Position numbers and translations under genes: made by a program
Notes under the pieces: model-generated
What the model was told of the DNA's origin: nothing
Seen by the model: only the letters and a program-made list of their open reading frames with translations
Databases searched by the model: none
DNA from: an uncultured bacterium
Lineage (GTDB): Bacteria; Chloroflexota; UBA5177; JANWHV01
NCBI GenBank assembly: GCA_963827235.1
Contig: CAWHAE010000012.1
Location: forward strand, 352,001 to 416,000
Reading direction: 5' to 3'
Length of the DNA: 64,000 nucleotides
In this document: positions 1-9,815 of the stretch, piece after piece
Layout of the letters: the number at the start of each line of letters is the position of its first letter
Position numbering within the stretch: position 1 is the stretch's first letter

Positions 1-511
1 CACAGTCTGCTGGAGGCGATGCTCGCCCCGCTGGGGCCGCAGGAGGCCACGGTACCGCTGCTGCTGGACGCGACGGCGACGGAGAGCCTGGAGCAGTACT
101 GTGGGCGGCAGCGCTGGACCCGGTCGCTGGTGGAGGCGGCGCTGGAACCGATCTGCGCGGTTGGCACCAGCGTGGCGACGATGCACGCCGTGGCGGTGCG
201 GCGGGCGGGGGAGGCGGTGTCGGCGCTGGCCCGAGCCCGGTCCGACCAGGGAGATCGGCGTGGTGGCGGCCACGCACGGGCTGGCCGACCTGCGGGTGCT
301 GGAGCGGCTGGCGCGCTACGAAGCGCACCTCTCGCGGGAGATGCAGCGCACCAGGCGCGAGTTGGCGGAGGTCCGTGCCGAGCGCCGTGCGGCAGAGCAC
401 AGCGAAATTGCGAAACGAATTCGCGCCCTGAGGCACTGCCGCACCCGCCGGCGCTGCCGTCATCCGCGCGGCAGAGCACCACGAAAATTGCGAAACGAAT
501 TCGCGCTCTGA
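1..511 (+). pseudogene. 3' part of a hypothetical protein (RYEAHLSR-type helical motif), 5'-truncated by the window edge, with an apparent +1 frameshift at about 249-251
   Basis: Frame 1 reads plausibly to ...ARARSDQ, then frame 2 continues EIGVVAATHGLADLRVLERLARYEAHLSREMQRTRREL. Removing one G from GGG at 249-251 joins them. May be an assembly error rather than a true pseudogene. Confidence 0.45.
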
Positions 512-531
512 GGGCACTGCCGCACCCGCCG
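388..531. repeat. Two imperfect direct repeats, about 63 bp unit, about 80 bp period
   Basis: gcggcagagcac...aaattgcgaaacgaattcgcgc(c/t)ctgagg(g)cactgccgcacccgccg occurs at about 388-450 and 468-531. Confidence 0.9.
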
Positions 532-541
532 CTCCCCTCGC

Positions 542-715
542 ACCACACCCGCGACCCACTGTAGTGGGTACCCCGGCCGGCCCGTCCCTGCCATGCTGCC
601 GCAACTGCAGGCTACTGTTCCCGCTCCCGCCCTACCACACCCGCGACCCACTGCAGCGGGTACCCCGGCCGGCATCGTCCCTGCCATGCTGCCGCAGCTG
701 CAGGCTACTATTCCC
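542..715. repeat. Two imperfect direct repeats, about 81 bp unit, 92 bp period, with internal palindromes
   Basis: accacacccgcgacccactg(t/c)ag(t/c)gggtaccccggccggc...gtccctgccatgctgccgca(a/g)ctgcaggctact(g/a)ttccc at 542-622 and 634-715. The first unit contains the hairpin acccact-gt-agtgggt. Confidence 0.9.
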
Positions 716-786
716 GTATCCCCTCGCCCGCGCCCGGTACGCCGTATGATCACATCAGTCGTCACAAGAGCGTTGGGGAAGGCTGA

Positions 787-1758
787 GTGGGTATACAAGA
801 CAAGCCGTCGATCGTCGCCCTCGGTGACCTCGCCCTCGACGTGTTCGTCGCCGAGCAGGCCGGCGTGGTACCCGGCAGCGATACGCGGGGTGTCGTGCGC
901 CTGCATCCGGGTGGCTCCGCGGCCAACCTGGCGGTCTGGGCCGCGCGACTGGGAGCGCGATCCACGTTCATCGGTAGCGTTGGCGAGGACTACGCTGGCG
1001 AGTTTCTGCGGCAGGACCTTCGGCGCGAGGGCGTAGAGGCGCATCTCCTGCGCTGCGCCCACCCCACCGCCGCAATAGCAGTACTGGTCGACGACCTCGG
1101 AGAGCGTAGCATGATCGCCGATCGCGGTGCGGCTGTACAGCTGCATGCCGGCTTCCTTGCCGCCTCGATGTTCCCGCCGGCATCGCACCTGCACCTGCCC
1201 GCCTATTCGCTGTTCGAGGAGCCGTTGGCCGGCGCGGCGATGCTGGCTGCCGATCTATGCCGTGGCAGCGGAGGCCGCGTCACCGTGGACACCTCGTCCG
1301 TGGGACCTCTGCGCGCCTACGGTAGGGAACGCTTCCTTGCCCTGCTCGATCGCCTCGGACCCGATCTTCTGTTTGCCAACGATGCCGAAGCGACCTTTCT
1401 CAGCGGATCGGACGACGCGGTGGTGGGCAGTGCCGTCCTGCTCCGCTACGCTCGCACGGTCGTCTGGAAGCTGGGCGCGCGCGGAGCCGTCGCGCGCGCA
1501 GACGCGCTCGTCCGCGGTACCGGTCTCGCGGTGCCGGCGGTCGACACCACCGGCGCCGGCGATGCCTTCGCCGCTGCCTTCACCGTGGCCGCCGCGCGCG
1601 GCCGTTCTCTGCCCGATGCGCTGTGCGCCGCCAACCGGCTGGCGGCGGCGGTCGTGCAGCAAGTAGGCGCGCGGCCGGCCATCCCCGCGGAGATCCTGTC
1701 GTCACTGAACTCCTCCGGCCTCATCAGCCCAAGCGCTGGGAGCAGCACACCTGCATGA
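787..1758 (+). CDS. PfkB/ribokinase-family kinase, probably pseudouridine kinase
   Basis: GGSAANLA N-terminal motif and VDTTGAGDAF C-terminal PfkB signature. Stop overlaps the psuG start (ATGA at 1755-1758). Confidence 0.85.
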   Translation: MGIQDKPSIVALGDLALDVFVAEQAGVVPGSDTRGVVRLHPGGSAANLAVWAARLGARSTFIGSVGEDYAGEFLRQDLRREGVEAHLLRCAHPTAAIAVLVDDLGERSMIADRGAAVQLHAGFLAASMFPPASHLHLPAYSLFEEPLAGAAMLAADLCRGSGGRVTVDTSSVGPLRAYGRERFLALLDRLGPDLLFANDAEATFLSGSDDAVVGSAVLLRYARTVVWKLGARGAVARADALVRGTGLAVPAVDTTGAGDAFAAAFTVAAARGRSLPDALCAANRLAAAVVQQVGARPAIPAEILSSLNSSGLISPSAGSSTPA

Positions 1759-2678
1759 CCACCTTGCATCCGTCCTTCGTCGTGTCGCCCGACGTTGAAG
1801 CGGCCGGGCTCGAGGGCCGGCCAATCGTCGCCCTGGAGTCGACCATCATCTCGCACGGTTTTCCCTGGCCGCAGAATCTGGAGGTAGCGCGCGAAGCGGA
1901 GGCGGCTGTGCGCGCCGAGGGCGCGGTGCCGGCGACGATCGCCATTGTCGATGGCGCCATACGCGTGGGCTTGGATGCCCGTGAGATCGAGGATCTGGCC
2001 CGCAGGAGCGGCGTGGCCAAGGTCAGTCGCCGCAATCTTAGTCTGGTGCTGGCGGCGAAAGGCTGGGGCGCTACAACGGTCGCCGCCACCATGTGGTGCA
2101 GCGCTCGCGTAGGCATTCGCGTGTTCGCCACGGGCGGTATCGGCGGCGTGCACCGCGGAGGCGCGCAGACCTTCGATATTTCCGCCGATCTCCAGGAGCT
2201 GGCGCGCACGCCGGTCATGGTAGTCTGCGCCGGGGCCAAGGCCATCCTGGACATTGGATTGACGCTCGAATACCTGGAAACGCAGGGTGTGCCGGTGATC
2301 GGCTTCGGCACCGATCGCTTCCCCGGTTTCTACGTACCGGCGACACCCTACCGCGTCGACCAGCGGATCGACGACGCGGCCACGGTCGCGCGGGCGGCCG
2401 GGCTGCACTGGTCGCTCGGCCTGGGAAGCGGCTTGCTCGTAGCCTGCCCGGTTCCCCGGGAGTCCGCGCTCGACCCGGCGATCATGCATCAGGCGATCGA
2501 GGCGGCTCTGGCTGCTGCGGAGGCCGGCGGCATCTCCGGTGCCGAGGTCACGCCGTTCCTGCTCGACGAGATACGGCGCACGACCGAGGGAGAGAGTCTC
2601 GCCACCAACATCGCGCTGATCCGCAACAACGCGACCATCGCGGCGCGGATCGCCGCTGCGTACGCCGCTCAGACGTAG
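1755..2678 (+). CDS. psuG: Pseudouridine-5'-phosphate glycosidase (IndA/PsuG family)
   Basis: VALESTIISHG, GATTVAAT, FATGGIGGVHRG, DISADL, GAKAILD and VTPFLL motifs. Start set at ATG 1755 by the ATGA overlap. Confidence 0.93.
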   Translation: MTTLHPSFVVSPDVEAAGLEGRPIVALESTIISHGFPWPQNLEVAREAEAAVRAEGAVPATIAIVDGAIRVGLDAREIEDLARRSGVAKVSRRNLSLVLAAKGWGATTVAATMWCSARVGIRVFATGGIGGVHRGGAQTFDISADLQELARTPVMVVCAGAKAILDIGLTLEYLETQGVPVIGFGTDRFPGFYVPATPYRVDQRIDDAATVARAAGLHWSLGLGSGLLVACPVPRESALDPAIMHQAIEAALAAAEAGGISGAEVTPFLLDEIRRTTEGESLATNIALIRNNATIAARIAAAYAAQT

Positions 2679-3357
2679 CGCCGGGCTCTGCGGACCGGCC
2701 GGAGCCTGCTCTGGACGGTGCCGGTCTTCGGTCGGTCGGTCTGAGCACCGCGGTCGTCTATGCCCAATACCGTTCAGATAGGGAGGAAATGCCCGGCCGC
2801 AGAGAGGATGCGCCGCGATTCATCGCGGGGTTGCTCATGGCTGGTTAAGCGCGGAATTGATTCTGCCCGTCCTCAGCAGCTGAGTCTGTTTCCTGCTTGC
2901 CTCGACCGTATTGCGCCTAGGCCGCCTCCGGACATGCCTTACATGGCTTCCGCCGTCGTACGCCGACGGACCGATGGTCATGGTCACCACGCCCAGTTGA
3001 TTCTTACGATGGCCCCTGCTATACCTACGCTATTCGTCTTGCCGCCGTAGTGCCTCGTCGACTTTGAGTGCTCACACACCCCGCGACAGCGGTCGCCCAA
3101 CTGCTGCAGTGTTTGTGACCCGTTGCGGCCGGTATCTGCTTGCAGGCCGCGGCCCCACCGCAATGATTGGTTATTTACAGGCTTGTAGAGCTTCGATCGA
3201 TCCACCCAGTGCGGGCCGCCGGGCGCGGGCCCTGCCAAATACCTGCTCACTGTGATACGCTAGCGCCGTTGACCGGTATTCCATTGTGCCGGCTAACGCG
3301 CTCTCTCCCCGGCCGCTACCCAGCGTTGTGTGGCCTGCAAGCCAGGCAGGAGGGCAA

Positions 3358-5112
3358 ATGCGCAGAAACGATTTGGTTATTCGCATTGCCGGCGAGAGCG
3401 GCGAAGGTGTCGTGAGCGTCGGCGATCTGGTGACGCAGGCGGCCGCGCGCGCCGGCTACTACGTGCTCACCTTCAAGACGTATCCGGCCGAGATCAAGGG
3501 CGGTCACGTCCTCTATCAACTGCGTCTCTCGGATACGCGGGTCACCTCCCACGGCGACCAGATAGATATCCTTCTGGCCTTCAATCAGGAAGCGTACGAG
3601 TCGAGCTACGACCAGCTCCGCGACGGTGGGCTGATGATCTACGACTCGGGCACGTTCACGCCGCCGGCCGACGGGCGTTGCCGCCACCAGGCGGTCCCCC
3701 TGAGCGAGATCGCGGACACGCAGCTACGGTTCAAGCTCGGCAAGAACGTAGTAGCCGTCGGCGTGGCGGCCGCGATGTTCGGCCTGGATGTAGTCGTGAT
3801 CGAGCGCCTGCTGGACGAGCGCTTTGGCCGCAAAGGCCCTGACATACTCGCCAAGAACCTGCAGGCCCTGCAGGCCGGCATCGACTACGTCGAGAAGCAT
3901 ATCGCCGACCGGCAGGATTTCCGCCTGCGCCCGGGCCGGGTCGCTCCGGGTGTGCTCGTGGTTTCCGGAAACCAGGCCCTCTGTCTGGGATCGATCGCCG
4001 CCGGCGTGCAGTGCTTCTTCGGCTATCCGATCACGCCGGCCAGCGAAGTCATGGAATTCCTCGCTGCGGAGCTTCCCAAGATCGGAGGGGTCGTGCTGCA
4101 GGCCGAGGACGAAATGGCCGCGCTCGGCATGGTGCTCGGCGCGTCGTATGCCGGCCGCAAAGCCATGACTGCCTCGTCCGGCCCGGGCATCAGCCTGATG
4201 ACCGAGTTGCTCGGCCTGGCCGCCATGGCAGAGCTCCCCTGCGTGGTGGTGGACGTGCAACGCGCCGGACCGTCCACCGGCATGCCGACCAAGCAAGAGC
4301 AGGGCGACCTCAATCTGGCCGTGTTCGGCGGCCATGGCGAGGTGCAGCGCATCGTCCTGGCCCCCACCGGCGTGGCGGACTGCTTCTACCAGGCCGTCAA
4401 CGCCTTCAATCTCTCGGAGCGCTATCAGATGCCGGTCATGTTGCTGTCCGACACCACGCTGGCCACCCGGACCGAGAGTATCGGCAGACCCGACCCTGCC
4501 GCGCTCGACATCTGGGAGCGCCTGCGCTTTGCCGGCGGCGACGTCTTCTCGTCGAACGGCGACGGCTACAGGCGCTTCCAGCCCACCCAGAGCGGCGTGT
4601 CGCCGATCAGCATTCCCGGTCAGGAAAACGGTGCTTACGTGGCCACGGGCCTGGAGCACGACGAATATGGTCGCCCGCGTTACGACCCGGTCAGCCACAG
4701 CACGATGACCGAGAAGCGCTTTCGCAAGCTTCAGACTTGCGTACAGGACGCGCCACCGGCAGACCACTATGGGCCGGACGACGCCGGCGTGGGAGTGATT
4801 ACCTGGGGCTCGACGTACGGCACAGCCGAGGAGGCGGTCAGGCTGGCTCTGGCGGACGGCCTGTCTGCCGCTTGCATGGCGCCGAAGATGCTGTGGCCCC
4901 TGCCGGACCGTCAGATCGAGCCATTTCTCAAGGGCAAGCGCCGGATCATCGTGCCGGAGGTCAATTACAGCGGCCAGTTCGCCGAGCTTCTCAAGGCACG
5001 GTACGGGTTGGCTGTGCGGAAGCTCAATACCTACGGCGGCGTGCCGTTCACGACACGGGAGATCCTGGGCGCCATAGCGGAGGCTCGCGAGGAGGTCCTG
5101 CAGAATGCTTAA
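3358..5112 (+). CDS. korA: 2-oxoacid:ferredoxin oxidoreductase alpha subunit (gamma-alpha fusion)
   Basis: IAGESGEG, YPAEIKGG, GYPITPAS, QAEDE, SSGPG and QRAGPSTGMPT motifs. GGAGG RBS before ATG 3358. Substrate not determinable from sequence alone. Confidence 0.92.
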   Translation: MRRNDLVIRIAGESGEGVVSVGDLVTQAAARAGYYVLTFKTYPAEIKGGHVLYQLRLSDTRVTSHGDQIDILLAFNQEAYESSYDQLRDGGLMIYDSGTFTPPADGRCRHQAVPLSEIADTQLRFKLGKNVVAVGVAAAMFGLDVVVIERLLDERFGRKGPDILAKNLQALQAGIDYVEKHIADRQDFRLRPGRVAPGVLVVSGNQALCLGSIAAGVQCFFGYPITPASEVMEFLAAELPKIGGVVLQAEDEMAALGMVLGASYAGRKAMTASSGPGISLMTELLGLAAMAELPCVVVDVQRAGPSTGMPTKQEQGDLNLAVFGGHGEVQRIVLAPTGVADCFYQAVNAFNLSERYQMPVMLLSDTTLATRTESIGRPDPAALDIWERLRFAGGDVFSSNGDGYRRFQPTQSGVSPISIPGQENGAYVATGLEHDEYGRPRYDPVSHSTMTEKRFRKLQTCVQDAPPADHYGPDDAGVGVITWGSTYGTAEEAVRLALADGLSAACMAPKMLWPLPDRQIEPFLKGKRRIIVPEVNYSGQFAELLKARYGLAVRKLNTYGGVPFTTREILGAIAEAREEVLQNA

Positions 5113-6052
5113 GGACACGTACGATGCAAATACCGGCGCAGCACAGTCCGGCTATGCCGGCGTTGCCGTCGACCGGCCGGCGACGCCCGTGGCCGGTAGC
5201 GCGGACCGCGTATCCGCGACCTACGACTACAAGAGTGAGTCCAAGCCGACCTGGTGCCCGGGCTGCGGCGACTTCGGCGTGCTCAACGCCCTCTATGCGG
5301 CACTCCGCCAGGCCGGACGCAATCCCAGTGACATCGTGTCGGTGTCCGGTATCGGCTGCTCGAGCCGCCTGCCCTTCTTCGTCAATAGCTACGGCTTCCA
5401 CGGCGTGCACGGTCGGGCCTTGCCGATCGCCACGGGAGTGAAAGCGGCCCATCCTGAGCTCACGGTGCTGGTATTCGGCGGCGATGGCGACGCCTTTGCC
5501 ATTGGTGGCGATCACTTCATGCACGCCTGCCGGCGCAATGCCGACATCACCTACGTCGTGCTGGACAATGCCACGTATGGGCTGACCAAGGGACAGGCTT
5601 CGCCGACCAGCCGTACCGGCTATGTTACCAAGACGACGCCCTCCGGCGTCGCCGAGCAGCCCGTCAATCCCCTGGCCCTGGCCCTCGTCTGCGGCGCCAC
5701 CTACGTGGCTCAAGGCATCTCGGCTCGGCCGAAGCAGTTGACGGACCTGATCCTTCAGGGCGTCGAGCACGAGGGGTTCGCCTTCGTCGAGGCTCTCAGC
5801 CCGTGCCCGACCTTCAACAAGCTCGACACGCACGCCTTCTACAAGGACAACTCGGTCGACGTTCCGGCCGACCACAATCCATCGGACCTCGGCTCCGCGC
5901 TGCGTCTCGCCGGCTCGCCTGCGCAGATCTACACCGGCGTCATCTACCGGCGCGCGGGCCTGGCATTCGGCTCGAATGATGGGCATCAGCTCGGCGCGGC
6001 CACGCAGGACCGCGGCGAGATGCTGAACGGGCTGTTCAGACGGTTTAGCTGA
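5105..6052 (+). CDS. korB: 2-oxoacid:ferredoxin oxidoreductase beta subunit (TPP-binding)
   Basis: WCPGCGDF, SGIGCSS, HGRALP, GGDGD..IG, YGLTKGQASPT and SPCPTFN motifs. Overlaps the alpha subunit stop. Confidence 0.93.
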   Translation: MLKDTYDANTGAAQSGYAGVAVDRPATPVAGSADRVSATYDYKSESKPTWCPGCGDFGVLNALYAALRQAGRNPSDIVSVSGIGCSSRLPFFVNSYGFHGVHGRALPIATGVKAAHPELTVLVFGGDGDAFAIGGDHFMHACRRNADITYVVLDNATYGLTKGQASPTSRTGYVTKTTPSGVAEQPVNPLALALVCGATYVAQGISARPKQLTDLILQGVEHEGFAFVEALSPCPTFNKLDTHAFYKDNSVDVPADHNPSDLGSALRLAGSPAQIYTGVIYRRAGLAFGSNDGHQLGAATQDRGEMLNGLFRRFS

Positions 6053-6482
6053 GGTTGCCGCATCTGCTCGAGGGTCGGGCGCTCTCCGTCCGCTCCGAGG
6101 ACATGCGGCCCCCATGGTGCCGTTGAGCCTGCTGAACGAGCCGAGCAGGGCGGACCTGAGATCTGTGATCCAGCGCTTCGGTGCGCTGGTCCTGGTACCG
6201 CGGTCGTCTCTGCCGCCTCCGGACATACCCGGCATGGCTTCCATCGTCGCGAGACGGCAAGCCGTTAGGTAGCAATGCCCCGGTTGGCCCGGCTGACCCA
6301 GAGCCACGACCGCGCCCGGTCGTGCCCTTATACTGAGATGATGCGGTACAGGCAGCCTGCGCCATGGCGCGCTGCCGCTCCGGCATTGGTCGTGCGTGCG
6401 CAGCGCCGGCCGGTGGGCAAGCATCTGTGCACATGCGCGTGCCCACCGGCACGCAGCTTTCCGCTACTCGTACGGGAGTTAC

Positions 6483-7970
6483 GTGGTGGCTATTCGCCTA
6501 CCATCGGGCAGTCGACGAGATCTGCTCGCGGCCCTGCGTGCGAACAAATGGGCGACGCTGGCCGTGGTTGGGATCGGCGTGTTCATGTCCACTCTCGACG
6601 CGTCGATCGTGAACATCAGCCTGCCCGCGATTGCCGGCTATTTCGGCGTTGCCATGACGGGTGCCATCGAATGGGTGGTCATCGCCTACCTCGTGGTGAT
6701 CGCGGCGCTCTTGCTCACCATAGGCAGGCTCTCAGACCTGGTTGGCCGCCAGATCCTTACCCTCGCTGGACTCGCGGTATTCACCGTCGGCTCCGTGCTC
6801 TGCGGAGTGGCGCCCAGCCTCTATCTACTCGTGGCATCGCGCGCGCTGCAGGGCTGCGGCGGTGCTATGCTCATGGCGGTCGGGCCGGCCATTCTGACCG
6901 GCGCTTTTCCGCGCGAGGAGCGAGGCCGGGCTCTGGGCCTCAACGCCCTGGTGGTTGCGCTCGGCACGAGCGCCGGGCCCACCTTGGGCGGCGTGATTAC
7001 GGAACATCTGACCTGGCGATGGATATTCTTCGTCAATGTTCCTCTCGGCATGATCGGCCTGGTAGGCACCGCCGTGATTCTGCAGGCGCCGGCACGCGGA
7101 CACGGCGTGCGCTTCGATCCGGCTGGCGCGGTCGGCCTGGCCCTGGCCCTCTCGCTGCTGACACTTGGTCTCTCCTTCGGGGAGGAGTGGGGCTGGACCT
7201 CGCCGGAGCTGGTGGCGGTCCTGGCAGGGGCCGTGGTCGCCGCCGTTGCCACCGTCTACGTCGAGGCGCGTGTTCGGGCTCCCATCGTCGACTTCGTGCT
7301 GCTGCGCAATCGGGTATTCGCCTCCGCCAATCTGAGTCTCGTGCTCAGTTTCCTGGCTCTCTTTGCCGTCTCGTTCCTCATGCCTTTCTACTACGAGCAG
7401 CTCCGGCACTACAGCGCGCAGGATGCCGGCCTGCTGCTGACTCCACTCCCGCTCACGCTCGCGGTCGTCGCGCCGTTCAGCGGCGCCCTCGCGGACCGCG
7501 TGGGCACACGCTGGCTCGCAGCCTGCGGGCTGGCAGTCGCCTGCGCGGGCCTCGTCGCGATTTCCGCTCTCGGCGCCTCCAGCTCTGCCTGGGAGACGTC
7601 GGCGAGCCTGATCCTCGTCGGACTCGGGCAGGCCCTGTTCCAGTCGCCGAACAACAGTGCATTGATGGGCGCCGCGCCCCGTGCCCAGCAGGGGCAGGCG
7701 GCGGGCTTTCTCGCCACGGGAAGGGTGGTCGGGCAGAGCATGAGTGTAGCCCTGGCCGGCGCGGTGATGGGTACGTTCGGCAGCACCAAGGCCGGCCAAG
7801 CGCTTGCCGGCGGACGCGGGTGGCATGCTCACGCGGCGCCGCTCGATCGCACGTTTCTCGCGGGTTTCCACGGGGCCTTGCTTGCCTGCGCCGGCGTGGC
7901 CGCGATCGGCATCCTCACCTCGCTCACGCGCGGCAACGAAGCGCAGCGCAGCTCGCCGCCGGCAGCGTAA
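6483..7970 (+). CDS. MFS transporter, DHA2 (EmrB/QacA) family
   Basis: LDASIVNISLP, GRLSDLVGR, GPTLGG, WRWIFFVNVPLG, FQSPNN and about 14 hydrophobic segments. GTG start after GGGAG inferred. Confidence 0.9.
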   Translation: MVAIRLPSGSRRDLLAALRANKWATLAVVGIGVFMSTLDASIVNISLPAIAGYFGVAMTGAIEWVVIAYLVVIAALLLTIGRLSDLVGRQILTLAGLAVFTVGSVLCGVAPSLYLLVASRALQGCGGAMLMAVGPAILTGAFPREERGRALGLNALVVALGTSAGPTLGGVITEHLTWRWIFFVNVPLGMIGLVGTAVILQAPARGHGVRFDPAGAVGLALALSLLTLGLSFGEEWGWTSPELVAVLAGAVVAAVATVYVEARVRAPIVDFVLLRNRVFASANLSLVLSFLALFAVSFLMPFYYEQLRHYSAQDAGLLLTPLPLTLAVVAPFSGALADRVGTRWLAACGLAVACAGLVAISALGASSSAWETSASLILVGLGQALFQSPNNSALMGAAPRAQQGQAAGFLATGRVVGQSMSVALAGAVMGTFGSTKAGQALAGGRGWHAHAAPLDRTFLAGFHGALLACAGVAAIGILTSLTRGNEAQRSSPPAA

Positions 7971-7982
7971 TGCAGTCGCCTG

Positions 7983-8029
7983 CCCGCCCGGCCGGCCGGG
8001 CGGGTCCGGCGCGGCCGGCGCCGGACCCG
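7983..8029. terminator. Two overlapping GC-rich inverted repeats between the convergent MFS and flotillin genes
   Basis: Perfect 22-bp palindrome cccgcccggcc/ggccgggcggg (7983-8004) and 12-bp stem cgggtccggcgc/gcgccggacccg (8001-8029). Confidence 0.6.
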
Positions 8030-8043
8030 GAGGCGTGCTCCGA

Positions 8044-9701
8044 TCAGACTCCCGCCGTCGACAGGCCGGGCGCCGCGGGCGCGGTCGGATCGGGGGGCAT
8101 GGCATGTGGTCGGCACGGCGGCCACGACCAGCTGGGGTTCGGCAGCCGCGGCCGTGTCCGCGTCGCCGGCCGCGGCCTCGATGTGATCGTTGCTCGACCC
8201 GTTGCCGTTATGCTGGTGGCTGATCAGGTCGTGCAGCTTCAGCCCCGTGGTGGACTCGAATACAGCGCCCAGCATTGGCACCATGCCCACCACGTCCTGC
8301 GTGATCCTGGACGTCACGCCCTCGCCTTCCGAGGACGCGATGTATGTCACGTTGCCCACGTGCCCATAAGCCTCGAACAGGTGGCCGGCGATCTCGGGCA
8401 AGCTGCTGAGCGCCTTGTCGAGGATGGCAGCCTGATTCTGCTCGTTCAGCGCTTCCACGCGCCTGCGCAGGGATTCCGCTTCCGCCAGGCCGCGAGCGCG
8501 AATGGCGTCGGCTTCCGCCATGCCCTTCAGGCGGAGAGCATCGGCTTCGGCCTCGCCGCGTGCCTTGATCGCCTGGGCGTCGGCTTCCGCCTGCAGGCGG
8601 ATCGCTCGCGCCTTGCCCTCTGCTTCGGACTCGAGCTGCAGCACGATCGCCTTCGCCTTGCCTTCCGCCTCCAGCACTGCCCGCTGCTGCTCGGCTTCTG
8701 CCAGGATCCGAATCCGTTGCCGCTCCGCCTCGGCCTGCCGCTGCACCGTCGCCAGCAACTCGGCCGCGCGCCTGACGGCTTCCGCTTCCTGAACCTTGGC
8801 GTCCTGCTGCTTCTGGACGATCTCGACCTTCGTCTTCTCTTCGACCAGCTTCTGTTGCGTGATGCTCGCCTGGATGTCGTACGCGCGGTCCGCCTGAGCC
8901 TTCTGCGCCGAGACGGAGCTCAGGTACTCTGCCTGCTTGATGTCGAGGTCCCGCTGTGCCTCCGCCTGCGCCGTCTTGGAGAGCGTCTCCGCCAGCACCC
9001 GCTCCTGGTCCGCTTTCGCCTTGGCCTGGGCGGACTCTCGCAGGGTTTCGGCAGAGCGGATGGCCACGTTCCGGGTCATTTCCGCTTCCGCGATCTCCGC
9101 CATCTGCTTGTTGCGGGCGATCTCCGGGCGGCTCATGTTCTGGATGTAGCCCGACTCGTCTGCCACGTCTTTCAGCGTGAAGCTGATCACCTCGAGCCCG
9201 AGCTTATCCAGGTCGCTGGCCACGGTCTCGCGCATGCGCGCGGAGACCATCTCCGGGTCCTTCACAAGCTGCTCCACCGTGAGCTGCCCGACGATGCCGC
9301 GCAGGTGACCCTCCATCACCTGGCGCACCATCAGTCTCCCGCTCGTCCTCGGTCTTGCTCAGGAATTGGTTCGCGGCCCGTTTGATCTTCTCTGCCTCGT
9401 TCTCCACTTTGAGCTGCGTGATCGCTTCCACTTTGACCGGCATGCCCTGCGTCGTGTAAAGGAGGAACGAAGGCGCCACGTCGAAGCTCATCAGCTCGAG
9501 GTTGAACTCCTGCGCCCGCTGAAACAGCGGCACGATCATCGCGCCGCCGCCTACCACGACCTTCGTTCCGCCCTTGCCGAAGACGATAAGCGCTCGGTTG
9601 GGCCCGACCTTCCGGTAGATGCTGCCCATCAGTGACAGGATCAGTAGCAATCCGGCTACCGCGGCGACTGCAATCACGATGCCTTCCGTTACGGGAGTCA
9701 T
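8044..9701 (-). pseudogene. Flotillin/SPFH (band 7) protein, split by an apparent 1-bp insertion at about 9332; possibly a second shift near 8110
   Basis: N-terminal ORF 9204-9701 (TM helix, YRKVGPNRALIV, ...FLSKTEDERET) joins MVRQVMEGHLRGIVGQLTVE (7829-9331) if one base at 9332 is removed. Long EA/AEA coiled coil follows. The 3' end is uncertain: TGA at 8044 in a shifted frame versus 7829 as called. Confidence 0.85.
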
Positions 9702-9815
9702 GTCCAGACCTCTCTCTTACCTCTTGCCGGCTTTGTCCTGCTACCGTGCCTCAGGCGACATCCTCCGGTACCGTTAGCTCATTCCAGAGGGGTGACGTGC
9801 ATCCGTTGCCTCCAG

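Noticed and set aside
388-715. Possible CRISPR array
   Set aside because: Only two copies of each of two long units, no unique spacers and no cas genes.
1755-2678. Indigoidine pigment biosynthesis (IndA annotation)
   Set aside because: IndA-family proteins are pseudouridine-5'-phosphate glycosidases. This one is paired with a PfkB kinase and no indC NRPS is present.
2760-3050. 96-aa ORF containing the beta-clamp-like motif QQLSLF in the psuG-korA gap
   Set aside because: No properly spaced RBS, atypical composition and no recognisable domain. Probably chance.
6102-6271. Short ORF of about 55 aa after korB
   Set aside because: No recognisable motif or supporting context.
7829-8043. Flotillin C-terminal extension overlapping the MFS 3' end by about 140 bp
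   Set aside because: It reads through two strong hairpins as low-complexity Arg-rich sequence. A shifted frame ends naturally at TGA 8044.
6275-9385. 1036-aa plus-strand ORF
   Set aside because: Arg/Gly/Ala-rich shadow frame overlapping the MFS gene and antisense to flotillin, with no motifs. Typical high-GC artefact.
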